Shown here piece by piece: positions 49,503 through 58,627 of a DNA stretch of 64,000 nt. The DNA lies in NCBI GenBank assembly GCA_007136405.1, contig SLHA01000044.1, positions 3,454-67,453 of the forward strand, written 5' to 3'. The position numbers and the translations under genes are program-made. This stretch comes from Candidatus Latescibacterota bacterium. Lineage in GTDB: Bacteria > Latescibacterota > UBA2968 > UBA8231. Positions within the stretch are counted from its first letter, which is position 1, and every line of letters begins with the position of its first letter. Below the pieces are notes generated by a model. The model saw nothing but the letters and a program-made list of their open reading frames with translations. It ran no database searches and had not been told where the DNA came from.

Positions 49503-50552
49503 ATGACGCACGACGCTAGCCCAACCCCCGGTTCACCGGACCCGGATCGGGAAGCTCAGCCAGATGCCCCGCGCGACCAGTCCTCCCAGACGGACAGGCC
49601 TGCCCCGTATGACCCGAATGGTACCATGCCCCCGCCTGCCACTGAGGATACCTCGCCCGTTGAGCGGAACGACACCCAACCGTCCCAGACGGCTTCGAAA
49701 GGGTCTTCGGGATCGGGCGATATGCCTTTCCTGGACCATCTGGAGGAACTCCGCTGGCGTCTCCTCAAGGTCATCGCAGCCGTGCTCGTCGGAGCGATTG
49801 TCAGCTTCGTGTTCTCGGATCACCTGATGAAACTGCTGACCTATCCGTATGAGGTGGCGGTCTTCAGTCTTGAAGAGCAACGGGCATCAGGGCCTGTGCA
49901 GGCGGTAAGGCAACTGCTGGGCGAATGGTTCGGAGGCGATCCGCCGTTAAGACGGGAAACCACCGAAATAGCCCGTGAATTGCCCGTCGGCCGTAGACTG
50001 CAGGCATTGAAACCGATGACCTACTTTTTCCTGAATCTGCAGATCTCCTTGCTGGGGGGCGTGACACTGGCTCTTCCAGTCCTGTTCTACCAGACCTGGA
50101 GGTTCCTGGCCCCGGGACTGTTGCAGCGTGAGCGAAGGTTGCTGGTGCCTATCGTCCTGCTCAGCGTGTTGTGCTTTGCCACAGGCGCCCTCGTCGCATA
50201 CTGGATCGTGCTACCGCTGGGGCTGCGCTTCTTCCTGGCCCTGGAGCCGCCGGACATGACCTCCCAGTGGGCGGTGGACGAATACCTGAGTTTCGTCATG
50301 CGCCTGCTGCTGGGTTTCGGACTGGTGTTCGAGATGCCCGTGCTCGCGTTCTTCCTGGCGCGCCTCGGTCTGATCACCGCTGCTTTCCTGCGTCAGATCC
50401 GGCGTTACGCGGTCATCGGCATCTTCGTCGTAGGCGCCATCTTCACCCCTCCCGATCCCATCTCGCAGATGTTCATGGCCATGCCCCTGCTGTTGCTGTA
50501 CGAAATCAGCGTCTGGGTGGCGCGCCTGTCGGAACGCAAGCTCGAACCGTGA
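49503..50552 (+). CDS. tatC: Twin-arginine translocase TatC
   Basis: MPFLDHLEELRWRL, W.FLAPGL..RE, FEMP, TPPDPISQ, LYEIS. Confidence 0.95.
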   Translation: MTHDASPTPGSPDPDREAQPDAPRDQSSQTDRPAPYDPNGTMPPPATEDTSPVERNDTQPSQTASKGSSGSGDMPFLDHLEELRWRLLKVIAAVLVGAIVSFVFSDHLMKLLTYPYEVAVFSLEEQRASGPVQAVRQLLGEWFGGDPPLRRETTEIARELPVGRRLQALKPMTYFFLNLQISLLGGVTLALPVLFYQTWRFLAPGLLQRERRLLVPIVLLSVLCFATGALVAYWIVLPLGLRFFLALEPPDMTSQWAVDEYLSFVMRLLLGFGLVFEMPVLAFFLARLGLITAAFLRQIRRYAVIGIFVVGAIFTPPDPISQMFMAMPLLLLYEISVWVARLSERKLEP

Positions 50553-50865
50553 ACCCGGGCAGACCAGACGCATAAGCGGCACCTGCCCACCCCCAGGCAG
50601 GCACCTGACATCGATCAGCTCAGCGAAATCCGAGACCGGCTCGTAAGCGGCCCCGGCAAGCCGATCATGACAGCCGGTAAGGATCGTCCACCGGTGCGTC
50701 CGCCGCCGCAACTGTGCACATTTTCAGCCACGAATTATATTATGTTCCCCCGTCGTGCAGCGGGACACCGCCGCATCCAGACTCGCCCCAGGCATGGCCG
50801 GAATGCACCACCGCAGTGTACGCCATATCGGCGACATGACCTCATCATCAATCAGGAGCCCTTGT

Positions 50866-51663
50866 ATGAAGCATAAAACGACCCGTATCGGACTGGTGGG
50901 ATATGGACAGATTGGTCAGGCGGTGCACCGCATGATCGAAGCCGACACCCAGAACGGCATGGAGGTGGTCTTCATCCATGACCGGTGTCCGGATGCTCAG
51001 GCCCAGGCGCCACCGCAACTCGCGCTCGAGGATCTGGGCGATTTCACGCAAAGCAATCCGGACCTGGTCGTCGAAATGGCCCATCCTGACGTCTCCCGTG
51101 AATGGGGCTGTGCCATACTCGAAAAGACGGACTACCTGCTCGTATCGGTCACGGCCATGGCGGATGCACAGCTGGAGAAGCAACTGCTGGAGGCCGCCTC
51201 GCGCCACGGCACCCGGCTGTTCCTGCCCCACGGAGGTGTCGTCGGCATGGATGCCCTGTATGAGAACCGCGATATATGGGATTCCGTCGAGGTCGTCATG
51301 AAAAAGCCGCCCGCCAACGTGGACTGCGCCGCGGCAGGCATGGACCCGGATCAGATCAAAGAGGAGACCGTCCTGTATGACGGTCCAACCCGGGGTATCT
51401 GCCCCATGTTCCCGCGTAATGTCAACACCCATGCCATCATCGCCCTGGCTGGCATTGGTTTCGACCGCACCCGCTCCGTGCTGGTCGTGGATCCAGCCTG
51501 GAACGTGGCCACCGTGGAAATCCAGGCCTCGGGTGGCGGGATTCAACTCCATACGGAGCGCGTCGAGGGCATCACCGGCGTAACGGGCGCCAGCACGCCG
51601 GCGTCAATTTACAACAGCATCCAGATGGTCGGGTCCACCAGGCCTGGCATTCACCTGCGCTAG
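50866..51663 (+). CDS. L-aspartate dehydrogenase-like (NadX/DUF108) protein, divergent
   Basis: GYGQIG, VVEMAHP, GGVVGMDAL, KPP, FPRNVN, VVDP; AGGAG SD. Confidence 0.8.
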   Translation: MKHKTTRIGLVGYGQIGQAVHRMIEADTQNGMEVVFIHDRCPDAQAQAPPQLALEDLGDFTQSNPDLVVEMAHPDVSREWGCAILEKTDYLLVSVTAMADAQLEKQLLEAASRHGTRLFLPHGGVVGMDALYENRDIWDSVEVVMKKPPANVDCAAAGMDPDQIKEETVLYDGPTRGICPMFPRNVNTHAIIALAGIGFDRTRSVLVVDPAWNVATVEIQASGGGIQLHTERVEGITGVTGASTPASIYNSIQMVGSTRPGIHLR

Positions 51664-51668
51664 CTCGC

Positions 51669-52841
51669 ATGAAACCATTTGCTACCATTGCCGCACAGAT
51701 TCCGCGCTCCGGCATCCGCGAGGTCATGGATCTGGCCTGGGAGGCGGAAAAAGAAGGAACGGTCATTCACCTGGAGGTCGGACAACCGGATTTTGACACT
51801 CCGGATCACATCGTGGAAGCCACGTGTCGATATGCCCGGGAAGGCCACACCCGGTACGTACCCAATGCCGGAATGCCGGCCTTGAGGGAAGCCGCGGCCC
51901 GTTATTTCGAGCACAAGACGGGAGTCGCCACCAGTCCCAACCATATCCTCATCACACCCGGCGCAGTCATGAGCGTGGCTACTGCGTTCCTGGCCCTCCT
52001 GGAAGTCGGTGACGAGGTGCTGCTGCCGGATCCGGGCTGGCCGAACTACACCATGGCCGTGGCGCTGACCCATGGCAAACCCGTGTACTACAGTCTGCTT
52101 CCGGACAACGAATATCTGCCGGACCTGGAGGACCTGCAGAGACTCGTCACCCCGAAGACCAAAATCCTGTTGCTGTGCTCGCCGTCCAATCCCACCGGCC
52201 AGGTTTATTCGGCGGACACCATGCGCGAGCTCATGGCATTTGCACGCGAGCACGATCTCTGGGTTCTTGCGGATGAAATCTACGGTGAAATCGTGTTCGA
52301 CCGGCCCCATGTCAGCGCGCTGCCATTCGATGCGGACGGCAGATCGCTGATCGTATCGGGCATGTCCAAAAGCTACGCCATGACCGGGTTCCGGGTCGGG
52401 TTCACGCGGGCGTCACCCGCATATATCGAGGTTGGCGCCAAGCTGCAGGAGCCTTTCGTGTCCTGCGGATCGGGATTCTCCCAGCTGGCATCTGTCGAAG
52501 CCCTGGACGGACCGCAGGAATGCGTGTCCCGGATGTGCGCCGAGTATCACCGGCGCCGCGACGCCGCGCTGGAGGTCCTGCGGGAATACGGCATGTACCA
52601 ATACACCCCCGGAGGCGCGTTCTATCTGTTGATCGACATCTCGGCCAGCGGCATGGATTCGCGTGATTTCACCTACGAACTGATTCGACAGAAACGAGTC
52701 GCGGTAGCCCCGGGCAGCACTTTCGGCCGGGTTACCAACAACCATGTACGCATCTCCATCGCCTCGTCCGAAACCAACATACGCGACGGAGTACGCCGTA
52801 TATGTGAACTGGTTCAGGAAAGAGGCGCAGCGCGGACGTAG
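51669..52841 (+). CDS. PLP-dependent aminotransferase class I/II
   Basis: GQPDFDTP, SPSNPTG, DEIY, SKSYAMTGFRVG. Confidence 0.93.
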   Translation: MKPFATIAAQIPRSGIREVMDLAWEAEKEGTVIHLEVGQPDFDTPDHIVEATCRYAREGHTRYVPNAGMPALREAAARYFEHKTGVATSPNHILITPGAVMSVATAFLALLEVGDEVLLPDPGWPNYTMAVALTHGKPVYYSLLPDNEYLPDLEDLQRLVTPKTKILLLCSPSNPTGQVYSADTMRELMAFAREHDLWVLADEIYGEIVFDRPHVSALPFDADGRSLIVSGMSKSYAMTGFRVGFTRASPAYIEVGAKLQEPFVSCGSGFSQLASVEALDGPQECVSRMCAEYHRRRDAALEVLREYGMYQYTPGGAFYLLIDISASGMDSRDFTYELIRQKRVAVAPGSTFGRVTNNHVRISIASSETNIRDGVRRICELVQERGAART

Positions 52842-52845
52842 AAGA

Positions 52846-52880
52846 CGGGCCGGGGGCAGCATGTCCCGGCCCGCCTTTTA
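52846..52880 (+). terminator. Probable Rho-independent terminator
   Basis: CGGGCCGGG...CCCGGCCCG followed by CCTTTTA. Confidence 0.65.
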
Positions 52881-53040
52881 TCACTCCCTGCCGCGCCGGA
52901 ACAGCGCGTAGCCGGCAGACCGGCGCCGGTTCACCGGTCACGTGATGGCGCTGGGCAACTGCAGGTTCAGCTGCAGCAGCTGGCGGAATGGCTCGGTCCG
53001 CAACCTGGATCAGGCGCATGAAGCCATCCCGTTCAGGCCG

Positions 53041-54084
53041 TCAGTCTGCAACCTGCTCAGGAAGGCCTGCCGAGGCGATGAGGTACGTGCACCCGGCCGG
53101 ATCCGCAGGCTCTACGGCGAACTCCCTCCGGCTGGGCACCAGCAGCGTAGAGCCCGCCGGCATATCGCAGCTGGTGCGTGTGATCGTCGAACGGCTTCCG
53201 GACACGGTGGCAGCCCCCTCGACGACGGTGAGTGCCAGGAAGGAATCCCCTGCGGCGTGCCGTACGGTTCCTGTCCGAACCTGATACAGATTGAGCCGAA
53301 AATGATCACAGTCCACCAGCAGCGCCCGATCCGATTGGGCCCATGGCAATTCCTGCCACGGACGCGGACCGGGCAGACTGGCGGCGAAATCGATCACCTG
53401 CAGCGCCTGCTCGATGTGCAGTTCGCGGGGTACGCCATCTGTACTGTTTTCCGGGATATCGTAGATCCGGAAGGTCAGATCGCTGGACTGCTGCACCTCG
53501 TACACCACCAGACCGCGACCCAGCGCATGCACAGTACCCGGCGGGACATACACCACATCACCGGGACGCACCGCATGCCAGCGTACCACCTCATCCACAG
53601 CTCCACGGGCGAGAGCCTGCCTGAACGCGGGAGGATCCACACCCGGCCGCAGCCCGTAGGCCACCCGGCCGCTGTCAGACCGTAGGACGAACCATGCTTC
53701 CGCCTTGCCGCTGTCCTGGACGCCGTGGCGGCGGGTGTAGTCGTCGTCCGGATGGACCTGGATCGACAGGTCCCGCTGGGCATCCAGCAACTTGACCAGC
53801 AGCGGGAAGCGGCCGCCATACCGGTCCCATATCCGGGCACCGAGCAACTCGGCCCCGTACTCCCGCATCAGCTCCTGCAGGGTTAGTCCTTCCAGCACCC
53901 CTGCGGCCACGACACTCTGGCGTCCGGGATATACCGAAAGCTCGAACGACTCACCGACCTGGGTTCCGCACGGAACCGCTTTTCCAAAGCACTCCGCCAG
54001 CCGGTGCCCCCCCCAGACCATCGGGCGAAGGTACGGGTTCATGGGCAGTAGATCAGGCAACACCGGAGAGCAGGTTTTTCTCAT
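53041..54084 (-). CDS. manA: Class I mannose-6-phosphate isomerase
   Basis: VWGG..L, GESFELS, FPLLVKLLDA..LSIQVHPDD, GK.EAW, EVQQSSDLTFRIYD, RELH. Confidence 0.9.
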   Translation of the reverse strand: MRKTCSPVLPDLLPMNPYLRPMVWGGHRLAECFGKAVPCGTQVGESFELSVYPGRQSVVAAGVLEGLTLQELMREYGAELLGARIWDRYGGRFPLLVKLLDAQRDLSIQVHPDDDYTRRHGVQDSGKAEAWFVLRSDSGRVAYGLRPGVDPPAFRQALARGAVDEVVRWHAVRPGDVVYVPPGTVHALGRGLVVYEVQQSSDLTFRIYDIPENSTDGVPRELHIEQALQVIDFAASLPGPRPWQELPWAQSDRALLVDCDHFRLNLYQVRTGTVRHAAGDSFLALTVVEGAATVSGSRSTITRTSCDMPAGSTLLVPSRREFAVEPADPAGCTYLIASAGLPEQVAD

Positions 54085-54159
54085 GCGCGTAGGCTCATTC
54101 CATGGCGGGAACATACCCGTGGCATTCGCTGGGGACACGTCATTGAGCCTCCAGGCAGT

Positions 54160-55179
54160 TCAGTGCCCCAGTTCCCGGGCCCTCGCTTCAGCCGCCTGAG
54201 CGTCCGTCAGGCGATCCATCCGAGCATAGATCAGGCTGAGATGACTCCATACAGCGCCGTTGTCCGGAGTCTGCCGCGTGAGTTCCTCCAGCAGGGGTAG
54301 CGCCGCCCGGTCCTCGCCCTGCTGCAGATAGGTCATGGCCAGGTTGAAGCGCGCCTCGGGAGCGGCGGGATGCAGGTCGACCGCCGCGCCATAGTGTTCC
54401 GCCGCGTCACCATAGCGTTCCTGATTCCAGTACAGATTTCCCAATCCGAAATGGGCGGTGTACAGATCCGGATTCAAGGCGAGCGCCCGCTGGTAGGCGT
54501 ACTCGGCGTCCTCCACCTTGTCCAGCTGCTGCTGTACGATTCCCAGGTTGACCCAGGCCTCCGAATCCTCAGGCGTAAGCCGAACCAGCTGCTCCAGTGC
54601 GGCCGCCGCCAGGTCGTAACGAGATTGTTGCAGACACAGGGTCGCCAGACTGGCGACCGTTGCGGTGTCCTCAGGAGCATGCTCAACGGCGACTCCATAC
54701 GTCTGTATGGCCGCATCCATTTCTCCGAGCTGGTAATACGTATAGCCCAAGTTGCGCCAGGCCGCCACTTCCCCTGGTGATATGGTGGTGGCTGCCTTGA
54801 ACGCCTGGTTGGCCATGACATAATCCGGCGCGGGCGCGGTGGCCAGGGTAACCCCTGCGTTATACTGCTGGGTCCAGAAATGCCGGCGCACCTGGGTAAT
54901 GTCTGCGGCGTACCGGGAACTCAACTCGAGCGAGCGCTCCAGCGATTCCGACATGGCTTTCCAGTCCTCTTCCATGCCGTACACCTTGCCCAGCAGATAG
55001 TGAACCTCAGGATTGTCAGGTGCCTCTTCACGCGCCCGCAGCAGTTGTTCCCGCGCGTGTTCCGGCTGATCCTCCTGCAGGTAAAGCTTGGCGGAGATCA
55101 GGGCCGGGCTCTGGCAACCGGTAATGAACATGGAGGCGCCGAGGACCGCGCCGCAGATGAATTTGGGTCTCAGACGCAT
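54160..55179 (-). CDS. TPR-repeat lipoprotein
   Basis: ITG-C lipobox; multiple TPRs (AW.NLG, A..AL.L.P). Confidence 0.85.
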   Translation of the reverse strand: MRLRPKFICGAVLGASMFITGCQSPALISAKLYLQEDQPEHAREQLLRAREEAPDNPEVHYLLGKVYGMEEDWKAMSESLERSLELSSRYAADITQVRRHFWTQQYNAGVTLATAPAPDYVMANQAFKAATTISPGEVAAWRNLGYTYYQLGEMDAAIQTYGVAVEHAPEDTATVASLATLCLQQSRYDLAAAALEQLVRLTPEDSEAWVNLGIVQQQLDKVEDAEYAYQRALALNPDLYTAHFGLGNLYWNQERYGDAAEHYGAAVDLHPAAPEARFNLAMTYLQQGEDRAALPLLEELTRQTPDNGAVWSHLSLIYARMDRLTDAQAAEARARELGH

Positions 55180-55233
55180 CGCTGCCTCCGTCCAGTGGCC
55201 AAGGTAACCGGCGGCCCCGGCGCAGTCTGGCCG

Positions 55234-55527
55234 TCAGCCTGGATGCTGCCGGTCACGGTTGATGCGGTCACGAATTTCGCGCGAGGGCTTGAAGGTTGGA
55301 GCTTTGCGCGGCGGAATGTCGATGCGGGTTCCGGCCCGGGGATTGCGCCCCTTGCGAGCCGCCCGTTCCACCACCTTGAACGTGCCGAAGCCGCGGATTT
55401 CCACGTGCTCCCCCTGTTCCAGCGCCATGCTCACTGCTTCGATGAAACCATCAACAGCGGCAGCCGTATCAGTCTGGGTCAGACCCGTCGCCTGGGCGAT
55501 CTGATGGGCAATGTCAGCCTTCGTCAT
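55234..55527 (-). CDS. hup: HU/IHF-family DNA-binding protein
   Basis: MTKADI, VEIRGFGTF, GRNPRAG, PTFKPS. Confidence 0.93.
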   Translation of the reverse strand: MTKADIAHQIAQATGLTQTDTAAAVDGFIEAVSMALEQGEHVEIRGFGTFKVVERAARKGRNPRAGTRIDIPPRKAPTFKPSREIRDRINRDRQHPG

Positions 55528-55653
55528 GCTGGCCTCCTCGTTAACCATGTCAAACCGGAGCCGGACGGGCGACAAGGGACCACGAGCCGGTCCTGCGGTG
55601 CCGTGACGCTGGCGAGGTTGAGTGTCATGCGGGCATCTGGATAGACGCTGGGG

Positions 55654-55682
55654 AAAATAGCCCACCGTACATCCCCTGTCAA
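55654..55682 (-). promoter_or_regulatory. Sigma70 promoter of HU gene
   Basis: TTGACA-17 nt-TATTTT. Confidence 0.7.
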
Positions 55683-55780
55683 AATCCGTGCTAACAGCCC
55701 TGGTCCGGCATTGGTGGCCGCTGCCGCAGTGTTCCGGCCTTGAACCCGACACCCCTGGAATGTACCTCACCACCAGTGAT

Positions 55781-55874
55781 TGGTGTCGTTACGGCGACGC
55801 TGCCATTCCTGGCTCCGTTCCGGCAACGCTGCCGGCCTGGTGTGGTTTCGGCAACGCTGCCCGTCGTGGTGTCG
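55781..55874. repeat. Degenerate 28-29-bp tandem repeat (about 3.3 copies)
   Basis: TGG....GTT.CGGCRACGCTGCC units at 55781, 55810, 55838; partial at 55867. Confidence 0.8.
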
Positions 55875-55932
55875 GACGACAGTTCGCACCTGACCGGCTA
55901 GCGCTCCGGCCGCCACCAGTCCGGCCGGCCGC

Positions 55933-56319
55933 TCATGCTGGTGTCCGCCGCCGATGTCTGTATATGACCAGCACGTACAAACCAAGGGTGTATATCAGCA
56001 GAGCAACGCCAAGCACATACTGCAACTCCCGTGTCAGCCAGTCGGGATAGAGTATGGGCAACAGGAGGCGCTGGATGAAGCTGGACGCATCACCGGACCT
56101 GCCGGTGAGTTGGCGAAGATAGAGCTCTACTGGAGTCAGCGGACACATCCAACCGCACAGCTCGAGCAACACTCCCCAGGTCACGGCTGGCAGATGGAGC
56201 AGGGCGATACGCCGCCACTTCAGAACCAGCCAGCCCCCCAGTATCACGAATCCTACGAAACCGAAATGCAGCAAGACGATGAGATCAGCGAGCAGGGAGA
56301 TCAGCGGTAGCATAGGCAT
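55933..56319 (-). CDS. DUF2784 membrane protein
   Basis: LAD.IVLLH..FV.FV.LGG, LHLPA..WG, CPLT.VE, SFI..LLPILYP. Confidence 0.85.
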   Translation of the reverse strand: MPMLPLISLLADLIVLLHFGFVGFVILGGWLVLKWRRIALLHLPAVTWGVLLELCGWMCPLTPVELYLRQLTGRSGDASSFIQRLLLPILYPDWLTRELQYVLGVALLIYTLGLYVLVIYRHRRRTPA

Positions 56320-56612
56320 CAGTTGCGAGACATACAGGAGTCCGTCGTGCCGTCTCCACGGAGCAACCCGGGCTGTGGCCGGCAGGACAGCTTGACAAGG
56401 GAGCTACCGGTGCGCTTCATGCCCATGGTGACGGTGTGCCGCCCGCTGCCGCAACGGAACGCGAACACTCGCCGGCAGGTACCACGGCACCCGCGGACTG
56501 CAACCGCCGCAGCGTGTGCAGGAATCGAGACCGGCGTTGCCGCGGATTCAGCGGACGCACGCCGCGCCGAACACGCCATGCTACCGCAACCTCCAGAGAC
56601 GAGGCGCCTCTG

Positions 56613-57815
56613 ATGAACCATAGAGAACGAATGTTGGCCACCATCGACGGCCGCCCCACGGACCGGCTGCCCTGGGCCCCCCGGCTGGACCTGTGGGCCC
56701 TGGCCCTGAATGCTCGCGGTACCCTGCCGGATGCGTACCGGGGCCTGGACACCGCCGGACTCGCCGATGCCATGGGCGTCGCCTGTCACGCCGTGCGCGG
56801 CGACTTCACCATACGCCGTGATCCCGCCGACCTGCTGCTGCGGGGTTTGGGTGTGGACAATCATCCGGATTTCCCCTACCGGGTCGAGCTGATGGACCTG
56901 GAAACGGAATTCGACACCGACGGCGAAAACCTGAGGACCACCATCCATACGCCAGACGGCGATGTATGCACGCACCTGCAGATGACTGCCGCCATGCGGC
57001 GGGACGGCATTTCGCTGCCCTTTTTTCGTTCCCACGCCATCGAAGCCGTGGACGACCTGAACGCCGTGGCTCGTATCTTCGAGCACCTGCGCGTCATTCC
57101 TGCGCCGGAGCGATATGCCGGTTTCCGCCAGCGCATCGGCGATCGCGGCCTGGCCGTGGCCGCCGGACCCATTGCCGCATCTCCCGTGCACCTGATGCTC
57201 CACGAACTGATGCCCATGGACCGATTCTACTACCTGTATGCCGATGCCCGCGCCGCCCTTGAGGATCTGGCCGGACACATGGAACCGTTCTTTACGGCGC
57301 TGTTGGAGGCAGTGGCCCACAGCGATGCCGAGGTGGTGTTCTGGGGCGGTAACTACGATCACGATCTCACCTGGCCTCCGTTCTTTCAGGAGCAGATAAT
57401 GCCCTGGCTACAGCGCGTCGCCGACCGTCTGCACCGTGCCGGCAAACGCGTGCTCACCCACACGGATGGCGAAAACGAGGGGTTGTTGCCGTTGTACCCG
57501 GCCTGCCGCTTTGACGTGGCCGAAAGCGTCTGTCCGCAACCCATGACCCGATGCTCGCTGCGCCAGGTGCGTAAGGCCCTCGACCCTGAAATCACCGTCT
57601 GGGGAGGCATACCCTCCGTCGCGCTGTTGCCGGAGTCCATGGATGACGCGGCTTTCCAGGCCTACCTGGACGACGTCTTCTCCGGGCTGGGCACGGGCGA
57701 CCACCTCATTCTGGGCGTCTCCGACAACGTGCCGCCGGACGCGGATCTGGATCGCCTGGCGGAGATCGGAGCGCGGGCCGCCGCCTTTGGGCCCGTGGTG
57801 CCACCCGCATCATGA
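56613..57815 (+). CDS. Uroporphyrinogen decarboxylase/MtbA-family TIM-barrel protein
   Basis: MNHRER.LA...G.PTDR.P, FFQEQIMPW, HTDG, WGGIP, LILG.SDNVPP. Confidence 0.8.
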   Translation: MNHRERMLATIDGRPTDRLPWAPRLDLWALALNARGTLPDAYRGLDTAGLADAMGVACHAVRGDFTIRRDPADLLLRGLGVDNHPDFPYRVELMDLETEFDTDGENLRTTIHTPDGDVCTHLQMTAAMRRDGISLPFFRSHAIEAVDDLNAVARIFEHLRVIPAPERYAGFRQRIGDRGLAVAAGPIAASPVHLMLHELMPMDRFYYLYADARAALEDLAGHMEPFFTALLEAVAHSDAEVVFWGGNYDHDLTWPPFFQEQIMPWLQRVADRLHRAGKRVLTHTDGENEGLLPLYPACRFDVAESVCPQPMTRCSLRQVRKALDPEITVWGGIPSVALLPESMDDAAFQAYLDDVFSGLGTGDHLILGVSDNVPPDADLDRLAEIGARAAAFGPVVPPAS

Positions 57816-57954
57816 GGCGGCGAAGATGCGAACGCTCCGGGCGACAGATGGCCGGCAGCAACCTGGCCCGGCGCCCCTGACCCGCGCAGTCGGGGCGCGA
57901 CGGGCGGAGCCATATGGCGGTCCGGCACCGCTCCGTTTGCGGATCCGCAAGACG

Positions 57955-58566
57955 CTACCGCTGCATGCCTGCAGTCTGGCGGCCCTGCAGCGTGGCCGCT
58001 AGACGGGCAACCGATGCCCCGATGCTCTGGGTCCGGCGGTGTAATTCCCGGTTGACCAGATGGCCCTGATCATCGAAGGCCTGCCCGGCATGCGCCACAC
58101 CCACCTGGCCTGCCACCACGAGGAAGCCCAGATTGGCCAGATAGAGCCGGGTATGTTGCAGCGAACGGATGCCGCCGAGGGCTCCCGGCGACGCAGAGGC
58201 TATCCCCGCAGGCATGTTTTGGCAGTGGACCGTACCCGGACGACCGGAACCATCAGGCAAAGGCCGTGATACCCAGTCCAGCGTATTCTTGACCAACGGC
58301 GTGAAGAAACCGTTATACTCGGGTGATGCCAGCAGCAGACCCTGGTGATCGGCAAACAGGATCTGGAGTGCCGCGGCGCCTGGCGGCAGGCCTCTATCAG
58401 CCTCCAGATCGCCCTCGTACAGCGGTAACGGATAGGCGCGCAGGTCGACATGGGTAACTCGAGCTCCAGCCTCCTCCGCGCCGTGGGCCATGATGTGAAG
58501 GATTCTGCGGTTGATGGAACTGTCGCGCGTGCTTCCGCACAGGGCCAGCAGACAAGGTTTTCCCAT
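57955..58566 (-). CDS. NADPH-dependent FMN reductase
   Basis: GSTRDSSIN, ASPEYNG, KNTLDWVSR, SASPGALGG. Confidence 0.92.
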   Translation of the reverse strand: MGKPCLLALCGSTRDSSINRRILHIMAHGAEEAGARVTHVDLRAYPLPLYEGDLEADRGLPPGAAALQILFADHQGLLLASPEYNGFFTPLVKNTLDWVSRPLPDGSGRPGTVHCQNMPAGIASASPGALGGIRSLQHTRLYLANLGFLVVAGQVGVAHAGQAFDDQGHLVNRELHRRTQSIGASVARLAATLQGRQTAGMQR

Positions 58567-58627
58567 GAAGGTACTCTCGTCGAGCGGTGGACAGGGGTGC
58601 AGAGTCAGGAAAAGATACGAGGCAAAG

